Both the position numbers and the translations under genes were made by a program. From Malacoraja senta (taxonomy: Eukaryota), in assembly GCA_038087875.1 (NCBI GenBank), contig CM075992.1, forward strand, positions 12,774,001 to 12,838,000: a DNA stretch of 64,000 nt. Reading direction: 5' to 3'. Positions 35,387-48,568 of this stretch are shown here, in pieces. The notes beneath the pieces are model-generated. The model was given only the letters and a program-made list of their open reading frames with translations. It did no database searches and had not been told where the DNA came from. The number at the start of each line of letters is the position of its first letter. Positions within the stretch are counted from its first letter, which is position 1.

Positions 35387-38300
35387 CTTGAACCTCCATT
35401 ACTTCGCAAAGTGGAGAGTTCTGCTAGGAACATGCTGGACAGGCAAATCATAATTTGGATTGAAATCCTTGTATATTATTCAGAATTACCACATCTGAAG
35501 TAATCTTCTTCCAATGTTTATAGAAGAGACGTAATCTGCCTCCAACTTCTGGACTTAATCCAGTTAGTATGTTCCCCTGAGAACCAGGTCCACCTACCTC
35601 TTGAGTCATTTGAGTATTTTGAGATCCCTGGATTCTCCCGGAAGCACAACCACTTGTCCTTACTCCCGCTGCAGGCCGCCAGCTACGTCCCTGCGTTGAT
35701 GAGCGACTTGGTCCTGGTCTAGGATCCGTATGACGTCTGAAAGGATACTTCCTCTTTACAGACTTTGCAACCATTGATGTATTTATCAATCCTGTTTTCG
35801 CTTCATCTTCCAACTCTTTAATACGTCTCCCGAGATCTCTCCAAAGAGTAAGTTGGGTAATTGTATATTACTTGGTTTGCAGAGTGCTGCGAATTTCGGA
35901 TTCATAGTAGACCGTATAGCACTTTCCTCAGATAATTGATCTCGAAGTGGGTGCTGCATAGCAACCCCAGTGCTTGCTGATGCAACTTCGTCAATTTTTG
36001 GTTGTTACCTGCTATTCTGGTAAAAGCAGTTATTCCAGAACCCAGCAGCTTTAATATTCTCTGCAACTGATTCCAGATAATTTGATTCACTGCTGCTGCT
36101 TTCAGCAACCCACAGTTACTTCTTGCAGTCTCATCCATTTCCAGCTGTTCCAGCAAATGGTAAACCAAGTAATTTATTAAGGAGGCCAGTTCTTCTCCTA
36201 ATGGCTCTCCTGACCCTGACGGGGCAGCGAATCCTACTGCCAGGGGTGGAACATCTGGCAGCTGCCGTTCATCGCCTTGTACAGCCTCACCGTCAGAGTC
36301 GGGGTCTGAAATCTCATGACCCGTAGCACGCTCCTCATTCCTGAGGGTGCATTCCATCAGCCCTGAGCCAGGTGCTGTTAAGCTGCTCCTGCAGCTTGGA
36401 TTACAGTACACTCCTTCCTGAGTGAACTTTGCTCCAACAGCCTATGAAAAAGGCTTTCTATTTGGACAATACGCTCGAAAGCAGTATCTAGCCCTGTACC
36501 AGGAGCTGTTTGAGCTGTTTCCAGCAGCTTGGCTTTCAGAACACTCCTCTCTGAGTGAACTTTGCTCCAACAGCCTATGTAAAAGGCTTTCTATTTGGGC
36601 AATACGCTCGAAAGCAGTATCTAGCCCTGGAGCTACTTCCATTGCCTGGGACTCCCTCTGTTGGGATTTAAACTTTGTCTTTTGCCCGACAGGCGCTGAC
36701 TGTGTTTTCACCAGCCCCAGGTCCACAGTCGCTATGCTCACCGCTGGCGACTGTACCGGGGTTTAGAGGCGGTTGGTCTCTAACCGCGGACTCTCGACTT
36801 TCCCGACATCTGTCGGCTGTGTCGCTCGCCTCTTCCCCCTGTCCGTTTTTTCCATGGCGTCTGTGGAAAAAATCCCCATATACCCACAGTAAACGGACCT
36901 GGAAAACCTGAAAAAAGTTTTTACTTACCTTGTAGTTGAAAAACTACAAACCACTTGAGGAGCACTGCTCCTCACGTCCGTTTGCGTCAAGGTGTCTGAC
37001 GTAATGACGCGCAGGCGCACTGGCGGGGTTCTTCACGTAGTCACTCACGTGACTCCGAAGTAAAATCAAAATGCCAAAAGCAATGTAAATTCAGGATGCA
37101 AAAAGCGACGAAATTTCAGGATGCGTAAAGCGACAAAATTTCAGTGCGAGAAAAGCGACGAAACTTCAGGACGCATAAAGCGACAACATTTCAGGACGTA
37201 AAAAGCGACGAAATTTCAGCACATGAAAAGCGACGAAAATTCAAAACGCAAAAGCAATGTAAATTCAGGATGCAAAAGCGCCGAAATTTCAGGACCTGTA
37301 AAGCGACGAAATTTCTGGATGAGAAAAACTATGAAACTTCAGGAGTCAGAAAGCAACGAAATTTCAGGACCTGTAAAGCGACGTAATTTCAGCACATAAA
37401 AAGCGACGAAAATTCAAAATGCCAAAAGCAATGTAAATTCAGGATGAAAAAAACGACGAAATTTCAGGATGCGTAAAGCGACAAAATTTCAGGACAAAAC
37501 TTCAGGATGCATAAAGTGATGACATTTCAGGACGTGAAAAGCGACAAAATTTAAGCACATGAAAAGCGACGAAAATTCAGCCTATGAAAAGCGATTCAAA
37601 TTCAGTACGCGGAAAGCGACGAAAATTCAGCCCATGAAAAGTGACAAAAATTCAGGACGTGAAAGGCAATGAAAATTCAAAATGCCAAATGCGACGTAAT
37701 TTCAGCAAGAGATACGTGATGAAATTTCAGCACTGGATAAGTGACGAAATTTCAGCACGTGAAAAGCTAGGAAAATTCAGGATGCAAAAAACGACGAAAA
37801 TTCTGCACGCGAAAAGTGACAAAATTTCAGCATGCGGAAAGCAATGAAAATTCAGCACGCGAAAAGCAAAAAAATCAACACACGAAAAGTGACGAAAATT
37901 CTGGACTAAAAAGCTAAAAAAAATCAGGACATGAAACGCGACAAACATTTAGGACGCGATACGGGATAAAAATTCAGGACGCAGAAAGGGACAAAAATTC
38001 AGGATGCGGAATGGTACAAAAATTCAATGTTCGAAAAGGTACGAAAATTCAGGACGGTAAAACGGAGGAAAATATTGGATGCAAAAAACGACGAAAATTC
38101 AGCATTTGAAAACGGGGGAAATGACAGGATGTGAAAAGCGACGCAATTTCAGGACGTGAAATGCGACGAGATTTTAGCACAAGAAAATCGACAAAAATTT
38201 AGCACGCAAAAATTGACGAAAATTCACCATGCCAAAGGGGACGAACCTTCTGGACGTGAAAAGTGAAGAAATTTCAGCACGCAAAAAGAGAGAAAAATTA

Positions 38301-41300
38301 AGCATGCAAAAAGCGACGAAAATTCAGGATGCAAAAAGTGACTAAATTTCAGGACGTGTAAAGCGACGAAATTTCAGGATGAGAAAAGCGACAAAACTTC
38401 AGGACTCATAACGCGACGAAATTTCAGGACATGAAAAGTGACGAAATTTCAGCACATGAAAAGCGACGAACATTCAGCCTGTGAAAAGCGATGAAAATTC
38501 AGCATGCAAAAAGCGACAATAATTCAGCACACAAAAAGCGACGAAAATTCAGGACGAGAAAGGCGTCGAAAATTCAAAACCACAAAAGCAATGTAAATTC
38601 ATGATGCAAAAAGTGACGACATTTCAGGATGCTTAAAGCGACGAAATTTCAGGACACATAAAGCGATGACATTTCAGGACTTGAAAAGCGACGAAAATTC
38701 AGCACAAGTAAAGTGACAAAAATTCAGGATGCATAAAGCATAAAGTGATGAAATTTCAGCTCAGGATAAGTGATGAAATTTCAGCACAGGAAAAGTGATG
38801 AAATTTCAGCACGCGAAAAGTGAGGAAAATTCAGCATGCAGAAAGCGACGAAAATTCAGGATGTGAAATTCGACGAGATTTTAGCACATGAAAAGTGACA
38901 AAAGGCAAAAGGCGATGAGAATTAAAAACGGCAAAAGCAATGTAAATTCAGCATGCAAAAAGTGACGAACCTTGTCGTGAAAAGTGACTACATTTCAGCA
39001 CATGAAATGAGATGAAACTTCAGCATGCAAAAAGCGACGAAATATCAGCACGCAAAAAGCAACGAAATTTCAGGACTCGTAAAGCGACGAAATTTCAGGA
39101 TGAGAAAAGCGACGAAACTTCAGGACTCATAAAGCGACGAAATTTAAGGACACGATACAGCCTGTGAAAAGTGATGAAAATTCAGCATGCAAAAAGCAAC
39201 GAAAATTCAGCACGCAAAAGGCTACGAAAATTCAGGACGCAAAAGGCGACGAGGATTAAAAACGCCAAAAGCAATGTAAATTCAGGATGCAAAAAGAGAC
39301 GAAACTTCAGGATGCGTAAAGCAACAAAACTTCGGGATGCATAAAGCGACGGAATTTCAGGACGTGAAAAGCGACGAAATTTCAGCACATGAAAAGCGAC
39401 GGAAATTCAAAACGCCAAAAGCAATGTAAATTCAGGATGCAAAATGCGACGAAATTTCAGGATGCGTAAAGCAACAAAATTTCAGGATGAGAAAAGCGAC
39501 GAAATTTCAGGACGCGTAAAGCGACAGAATTTCAGCATGTGGAAAGCAATGAAAATTCAGCACGGGTAAAGCAAAAAAAATCTGCACACGAAAAGTGACG
39601 AAAATTCAGGACGCGAAAAGCTACAAAAATTCAGGACGTGAAACGCGACAAACATTTAGGATGCGAAACGGGATGAAAATTCATGACGCAGGAAGGGACA
39701 AAAATTCAGGATGCGGAAAGGTACGAAAATTCAGGGTTTGAAAAGTTAAGAAAATTCAGGACGCTAAAACGGAGGAAAATTTTGGACGCAAAAAGCGACG
39801 TAAATTCAGCATTTGAAAACAGGGAAAATGTCGAAGCGAAATGCGACGAAATTTCAGGACGTGAAATGCGACGAGATTTTAGCACAAGAAATGCGACAAA
39901 AATTCTGCACGCAAAAAGTAACGAAAATTCAGCATGTGAAAAGCGATGAACCTTGTGGACGTGAAAAGTGAAGAAATTTCAGCACACAAATAGAGAGTAA
40001 AATTAAGCATCCAAAAAGCGACGAAAATTCCGCACGCAAAAAGCGATGAAAATTCAGGACGCGAAAGACGACGAAAATTCAAAACGCCAGAAGCAATGTA
40101 AATTCAGGATGCAAAAAGCGATGAAATTTCAGGACGTTTATAGCGACGAAATTTCAGGCTGCAAAAAGCGACAATATTTCAGGACGCGTAAAGCGATGAA
40201 ATTTCAGCACATGAAAAGCGACGAAAATTCAGCCTGTGAAAAGCGACGAAAATTCAGCCTGTGAAAGCGACAAAAATTCAGGACGCTAAAATGGAGGAAA
40301 ATTTTGGATGCAAAAAGCGACGAAAATTCAGCATTTGAAAAGAGGGGAAATGTCATGACGCAAAAAGCACCGAAAATTCAGGACGCGGAAGACGACAAAA
40401 ATTCAAGACGCCAAAAGCAATGTAAATTCAGGATGCAAAAAGCGAAGAGATTTCAGGACGAGAAAAGCGACAAAACTTCAGGACTCATAAAGCGACGAAA
40501 TTTCAGGATGTTTAAAGCGACAAAATTTCAGCACATGGAAAGCGATGAAAATTAAAAACACCAAAAGCAATGTAAATTCAGGATGCAAAAAGCGACAAAA
40601 TTTCAGGATGCGTAAAGCGACAAAATTTCAGGATGAGAAAAGCGACGAAATTTCATGACGCGTAAAGCGACGAAATTTCAGCACGTGAAAGAGGAAAATT
40701 CAGCATGCAAAAAACGACGAAAATTCTGCACGCGAAAAGTGATGGAATTTCAGCATGCGGAAAGCAATGAAAATTCAGCAAGGGAAAAGCAAAAAATATC
40801 AGCACACGAAAAGTGACGAAAATTCAGGACGCGAAAAGCTACAAAAATTCAGGATGTGAAACGCGACAAACATTTAGGACGCGAAACGGGATGAAAATTC
40901 AGGACGCAGAAAGGGACAAAAATTCAGGATGTGGAAAGGTACGAAAATTCAGGGTTGGAAAAGGTATGAAAATTCAGGACGCTAAAACGTAGGAAAATTT
41001 TGGACACAAAACTCGACAAAAATTCAGCATTTGAAAACGGGGAAAATGTCAGGACGCGAAAAGCGACGGAATTTCAGGACGTGAAATGCGACGACATTTT
41101 AGCACAAGAAAGACGACAAAAATTCTGCACGCAAAAAGTAACGAAAATTCAGCATGTGAAAAGCGATGAACCTTCTGGACGTGAAAAGTGAAGATATTTC
41201 AGCACACAAATAGAGAGGAAAATTAAGCATGCAAAAATCGACGAAAATTCAGCACGCAAAAAGTGACGAAAATTCAGCACGCGGAAGACGTCGAAAATTC

Positions 41301-44300
41301 GAAATGCCAGAAGCAATGTAAATTCAGGATGCAAAAAGCGACGAAATTTCAGGACGTGTAAAGCGACGAAATTTCAGGATGCAAAAAGCGACGAAATTTC
41401 AGGACACGTAAAGCGACGAAATTTCAGCACACGAAAAGTGACGAAAATTCAGCCTGTGAAAAGCGATGAAAATTCAGGATGCTAAAATGGAGGAATGCAA
41501 TTTTGGTTGCAAAAAGCGACGAAAATTCAGCATTTGAAAAGAGGGGAAATGTCATGACGCAAAAAGCACTGAAAATTCAGGGCGCGGAAGACAACGAAAT
41601 TTCAACACGCCAAAAGCAATGTAAATTCAGGATGCAAAAAGCGAAGAAATTTCAGGATGAGAAAAGCGACAAAACTTCAGGACATAAAGCGACGAAATTT
41701 CAGGACGTTTAAAGCGACGAAATTTCAGCACATGAAAAGCGACGAAAATTAAAAACACCAAAAGCAATGTAAATTCAGGATGCAAAAAGCGAAGAGATTT
41801 CAGGACGAGAAAAGCGACAAAACTTCAGGACTCATAAAGCGACGAAATTTCAGGATGTTTAAAGCGACAAAATTTCAGCACATGGAAAGCGATGAAAATT
41901 AAAAACACCAAAAGCAATGTAAATTCAGGATGCAAAAAGCGACAAAATTTCAGGATGCGTAAAGCGACAAAATTTCAGGATGAGAAAAGCGACGAAATTT
42001 CATGACGCGTAAAGCGACGAAATTTCAGCACGTGAAAGAGGAAAATTCAGCATGCAAAAAACGACGAAAATTCTGCACGCGAAAAGTGACGGAATTTCAG
42101 CATGCGGAAAGCAATGAAAATTCAGCAAGGGAAAAGCAAAAAATATCAGCACACGAAAAGTGACGAAAATTCAGGACGCGAAAAGCTACAAAAATTCAGG
42201 ATGTGAAACGCGACAAACATTTAGGACGCGAAACGGGATGAAAATTCAGGACGCAGAAAGGGACAAAAATTCAGGATGTGGAAAGGTACGAAAATTCAGG
42301 GTTGGAAAAGGTATGAAAATTCAGGACGCTAAAACGTAGGAAAATTTTGGACACAAAACTCGACAAAAATTCAGCATTTGAAAACGGGGAAAATGTCAGG
42401 ACGCGAAAAGCGACGGAATTACAGGACATGAAATGCGACGACATTTTAGCACAAGAAAGACGACAAAAATTCTGCACGCAAAAAGTAACGAAAATTCAGC
42501 ATGTGAAAAGCGATGAACCTTCTGGACGTGAAAAGTGAAGATATTTCAGCACACAAATAGAGAGGAAAATTAAGCATGCAAAAAGCGACGAAAATTCAGC
42601 ACGCAAAAAGTGACAAAAATTCAGCACACGGAAGACGTCGAAAATTCAAAATGCCAGAAGCAATGTAAATTCAGGATGCATAAAGCGACAACATTTCAGG
42701 ACATGTAAAGCGACGAAATTTCAGGATGCAAAAAGCAACGAAATTTCAGGACACGTAAAGCGACGAAATTTCAGCACACGAAAAGTGACGAAAATTCAGC
42801 CTGTGAAAAGCGATGAAAATTCAGGATGCTAAAATGGAGGAATGCAATTTTGGTTGCAAAAAGCGACGAAAATTCAGCATTTGAAAAGAGGGGAAATGTT
42901 ATGACGCAAAAAGCACTGAAAATTCAGGGCGCGGAAGACAACGAAATTTCAACACGCCAAAAGCAATGTAAATTCAGGATGCAAAAAGCGAAGAAATTTC
43001 AGGATGAGAAAAGCGACAAAACTTCAGGACATAAAGCGACGAAATTTCAGGACGTTTAAAGCGACAAAATTTCAGCACATGAAAAGCGACGAAAATTAAA
43101 AACACCAAAAGCAATGTAAATTCAGGATGCAAAAAGCGACGAAATTTCAGGATGAGTAAAGCGATAAAATTTCAGGATGAGAAAAGCCACGAAATCTCAA
43201 GACGCGTAAAGCGATGAAATTTCAGCACTTGAAAGAGGAAAATTCAGCATGCACTAACGACGAAAGGGACAAAAATTCAGGATGTGGAAAGGTATGAAAA
43301 TGCAGGGTTGGAAAAGGTACGAAAATTCAGGACGCTAAAACGGAGGAAAATTTTGGACGCAAAAAGCGACGAAAATTCAGCATTTGAAAACGGGGAAAAA
43401 TGTCAGGACGTGAAAAGCGACGGAATTTCAGGACGCGAAAAGCGACGAGATTTTTGCACAAGAAAAGCGACAAAAATTCTGCACGCAAAAAGTAATGAAA
43501 ATTCAGCATTTGAAAAGCAACGAACCTTCTGGACGTGAAAAGTGAAGATATTTCAGCACACAAATAGAGAGGAAAATTAAGCATGCAAAAAGCGACGAAA
43601 ATTCAGCACGCAAAAAGTGACAAAAATTCAGCACGTGGAAGACGTCGAAAATTCAAAATGCCAGAAGCAATGTAAATTCAGGATGCATAAAGCGACAACA
43701 TTTCAGGACATGTAAAGCGACGAAATTTCAGGATGCAAAAAGCAACGAAATTTCAGGACACGTAAAGCGACGAAATTTCAGCACACGAAAAGTGACGAAA
43801 ATTCAGCCTGTGAAAAGCGATGAAAATTCAGGATGCTAAAATGGAGGAATGCAATTTTGGTTGCAAAAAGCGACGAAAATTCAGCATTTGAAAAGAGGGG
43901 AAATGTTATGACGCAAAAAGCACTGAAAATTCAGGGCGCGGAAGACAACGAAATTTCAACGCGCCAAAAGCAATGTAAATTCAGGATGCAAAAAGCGAAG
44001 AAATTTCAGGATGAGAAAAGCGACAAAACTTCAGGACATAAAGCGACGAAATTTCAGGACGTTTAAAGCGACAAAATTTCAGCACATGAAAAGCGACGAA
44101 AATTAAAAACACCAAAAGCAATGTAAATTCAGGATGCAAAAAGCGACGAAATTTCAGGATGAGTAAAGCGATAAAATTTCAGGATGAGAAAAGCCACGAA
44201 ATCTCAAGACGCGTAAAGCGATGAAATTTCAGCACTTGAAAGAGGAAAATTCAGCATGCACTAACGACGAAAGGGACAAAAATTCAGGATGTGGAAAGGT

Positions 44301-46463
44301 ATGAAAATGCAGGGTTGGAAAAGGTACGAAAATTCAGGACGCTAAAACGGAGGAAAATTTTGGACGCAAAAAGCGACGAAAATTCAGCATTTGAAAACGG
44401 GGAAAAATGTCAGGACGTGAAAAGCGACGGAATTTCAGGACGCGAAATGCGACGAGATTTTTGCACAAGAAAAGCGACAAAAATTCTGCACGCAAAAAGT
44501 AATGAAAATTCAGCATTTGAAAAGCGACGAACCTTCTGGACGTGAAAAGTGAAGAGATTTCAGCACACAGAGAGGGAAATTAAGCATGCAAAAAGCGACG
44601 AAAATTCAGCACGAAAAAGCGACGAAAATTCAGGACGCGAAAGACGACGAAAATTCAAAACGCCAGAAGCAATGTAAATTCAGGATGCAAAAAGCGACAA
44701 AATTTCAGGACGTGTAAAGCGACGAAATTTCAGGATGCAAAAAGCGACAAAATTTCAGGACGCGTAAAGCGACGAAATTTCACCACATGAAAAGCGATGA
44801 AAATTAAAAATGCCAAAAGCAATGTAAATTCAGAATGCAAAAAGCTACGAAATTTCAGGACATGTAAAGCGACAAAATATCTTGAGAAAAGCGCTGAAAC
44901 TTCGGGACGCGTTAAGCGACAAAATATCAGGATGTGAAAAGCGACGAAATTTTAGCACATGAAAAGCGACAAAAATTCTGTCTGTGAAAAGTGCTGAAAA
45001 TTCAGCATTCAACAAGCGACGAAAATTCAGGATGCAAAAAGCGACGAAATTTCAGGACGAGAAAAGCGACGAAATTTCAGGACATGAAAAGCGACGAAAA
45101 TTCAGCCTGTGAAAAGCGATGAAAATTCAGCCTGTGAAAAGCGATGAAAATTCAGTACCTGGACAGTGATGAAAATTCAGCACACGAAAAGTGACGAAAA
45201 TTCAGGATGCGAAAATCTACAAAAATTCAGGACATGAAACGCGACAAACATTTTGGACGCGAAACGGGATGAAAATTTAGGACGCAGAAAGGGACGAAAC
45301 TTCAGGATGCGGAAAGGTACGAAAATTCAGGGTTCGAAAAGGTACCAAAATTCAGGAAGCTAAAACGGAGGAAAACTTTGGACGCAAAAAGTGCCAAAAA
45401 TTCAGCATTTAAAAAGGGGGACAATGTCATGACACGAAAAGCAACGAAATTTCAGGACGTGAAATGCTACGAGATTTTAGCACGTGAAAAGCGACAAAAA
45501 TTCAGCGCGCAAAAATTGACAAAAATTCAGCATGCGAAAAGCGACGAACCTTCTTGTCGTGAACAGTGTCTAAATATCAGCACGCAAAAAGAGAGGGAAT
45601 TTCAACAGGCAAAAAGTGATGAAAATTCAGCACGCAAAAAGTGACGAAATTTCAGGACACGTAAAGCGACAAAATTTCAGGACGAGAAAAGCGACGAAAC
45701 TTCAGGACTCATAAAGCGACGAAATTTCAGGACGTGAAAAGCGACAAAATTTCACCACATGAAAATCAATAAAAATTAAAAATGCTAAAAGCAATGTAAA
45801 TTCATGATGTGAAAAGCGATGAAATTTCGTGACGTGTAAAGCGACAAAATTTCAGGACGAGAAAAGCGATGAAACTTCAGGACGCATAAATCGACGAAAT
45901 TTCAGGACGTGTAAAGCGACGAAATTTCAGCACATGAAAAGCGACGAAAATTCACCCTGTGAAAAGCGACGAAAATTCTGCCTGTGAATGTGACAAATAT
46001 TCAGGACGCTAAAATGGAGGAAAATTTTGGACGCAAAAAGCCACGAAAATTCAGCATTTGAAGAGGAAAATGTCACGACGTGAAAAGCGACGAAATTTCA
46101 TGACGTGAAATGTGACAAGATTTTAGCACAAAAAAGCGACAGAAATTCAGCACGCAAAACGCGACGAAAATTCAGCATGCAAAAAGCGACGAACCTTCTG
46201 AACGTGAAAGTGATGAAATTTCAGCACGTGAAACGAGAGGAAAATTCAGCATGCAAAAAGCGACGAAAATTCAGCACCCAAAAAGCGACGAAAATTCAGG
46301 ACGCGAAAGCCGATGAAAATTCAAGACGCCAAAAGCAATGTAAATTCAGGATACAAAAAGCGAAGAAATTTCAGGACGCATAAAGCGACGAAATTTCAGG
46401 ACGAGAAAAGCGACGAAATTTCAGGAAGAGAAAAGCGACGAAAAGCATCCTGAATTTACATTG

Positions 46464-46778
46464 AGGATAAATGCATGGTTGAAGGACTGGTGCAGAGGGC
46501 AGGGTTTCAAGTTTCTGGATCATTGGGACCTATTTTGGAGAAGGTGTGACCTGTACAAAAAGGATGGGTTGCACTTGAACCCGAGGGGGACCAATATCCT
46601 GGCGGGGAGATTTGCAAAGGCTACTGGGGAGACTTTAAACTAAAACGGTTGGGGGGAGGGACTCAAATAGAGAAAGCTAGTAGACAGTGTGTGAGGCAGA
46701 GAAGGGGAGCACTCAGACCCAACATGTAGGGTAGAAAGAAGAAAACGATAATAAATGTGTGAGCAGAGAGACATGGGG
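46464..46778 (+). mobile_element. Internal CR1 fragment: end of ORF1 SGNH/esterase domain plus linker
   Basis: RINAWLKDWCRGQGFKFLDHWDLFWRRCDLYKKDGLHLNPRGTNILAGRF* carries the DGLHL block-V motif of SGNH esterases known from CR1/L2 ORF1. Confidence 0.85.
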
Positions 46779-48568
46779 GAAATATCAGGACGCGTAAAGC
46801 GACGAAATTTCAGGACGTGAAATGCGACGAGATTTTAGCACTAGAAAAGTGACAAAAATTCAACGTGCAACAAGTGACGAAAATTCAGCATGCAAAAAGC
46901 GATGAACCTTCTGGACGTGAAAAGTGAAGAAATTTCAGCACGCATAAAGCGACGAAATTTCTGCACACGAAATATGACAAAAATTCAGCAAGGTAAAGCG
47001 ACGTAAAGTCAGGACCCGAAAAGCGACGAAACCTCAGGACGCATAAAGCGACAACAGTTTAGGACAAAAAAGCGACGCAATTTCAGCCTGCGAAAAGCAA
47101 TGAAAAGTCAGCACGTGAAAAGTGACGAGCCTTCAGTATGCGAAAAGCGACGAAAATTCAGCACGCGAAAAGCGACGAAAATTCTGGACGTGAAAGGCGA
47201 CAAAAATTCAAATCGGCAAAAGCGATTTCATTTCAGGACCTGAAAAGCGACGAAATTTCAGGATGCATAAAATCGTCTAAATTACAGGACGCAATAAGCA
47301 ACAAAATTTCAGGACAGGAAAAGGGATGAAAATTCAGCATGTGAAAAGTGATGAAAATTCAGGACACGAAAAGCGACAAAAATTCTGCATGCGAAAAGCG
47401 TCTAAAGTTCAGGACGCATGAAGCGACAAAATTTCAGGACACATAAAGCGACAACATTTCGGCATAAGAAAAGTGACGAAAATTGAGCACGCAAAAAGCG
47501 ACGAAATTTCTGCACACAATAAGTAACAAAAATTCAGGACACAAAAAGCGATGAAATTTCAGGACGCAAAATGCGACAACATTTCAGGACGTGCAAAGCG
47601 ACAAAATTTCAGCACAAGAAAAGGGACAAAAATTCAGCACACGAAAAGCGACGAAAATTCAGCACGCGAAAAGCGACGAACCTTCAGGATATGAAAATCG
47701 ATGAAATTTCATCACTCGAAACGTGACGAAAATTCAGCACGTGAAAAGTGACGAAAATTCAGCACATGAAAAGTGCCGAATATTCGGGACGCGAAAGACG
47801 ACGAAAATTCAAAACGCCAAAAGCGACATAAATTCAGCATGTGAAAAGCAACGAAAATTCATGACGAGAAAAGCGACGAAATTTCAGCACATGAAAATGG
47901 ATGAAAAGTCAGCACGTGAAAAGCGCCGAAAATGCAGCACACAAAGGGCGACGAATATTCAGTATGCGAAAAGCAATGAAAATTCAGCACGCGAAAATTG
48001 AACATTCAGCACACAAAAAGTGATGAAATGCAGGACGCAAAAGGCGACGAAAATTAAAAAAGCCAAAAGCGATGTAAATTCAGGACTCAAAATGCGATGA
48101 AATTACAGGATGCATAAAGTGACGAAATTTCAGAACCTGAAAAGTGACGAAATTTCAGCACCCGAAAAGCGACGAAAATTCAGCATGCGAAAAGCGACAA
48201 AAATTCAGCACGTGAAAAGTTAGGAACCTTCAGGATGCGAAAATCAATGAAAACTCAGCACTCGAAAAGCGACGAACCTTCAGGACAGGAAAAGCGACGA
48301 AAATTCAGCACACGAAAAGCGACGAAAATTCAACACATGAAAAGTGACGAAAATTCAGGACGTGAAAGATGACGAAAATTCAAAATGCCAAAAGGGACGT
48401 ATATTCAGGATGCTAAGAGAAACGAAAATTCCAGACAAGAAAAGCGCCGAAATATCAGGACATGAAAAACGACGCAAATTCTGCACACAAAAAGTAACAC
48501 AAATTCAGGACACAAAAAGCGATTAAATTTTCAGGACGCAAAATGTGACAAAATTGAAATCGCAAAAA

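Larger units (their letters stand above)
32333..37066 (-). mobile_element. DIRS1-like tyrosine-recombinase retrotransposon (gag-RT-RH-MT-YR, ITRs + ICR), ORFs disrupted
   Basis: ITR cores at ~32405-32437 and ~37005-37040; ICR 32562-32675 is complementary to both termini. Motifs: RT AYLDDVLI, RH TDASALGWG (~34560-34590), MT-like DAFLLHW...YIFPPF, YR HSAR...AAGWSNE..F..FY. No TSD. Confidence 0.95.
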
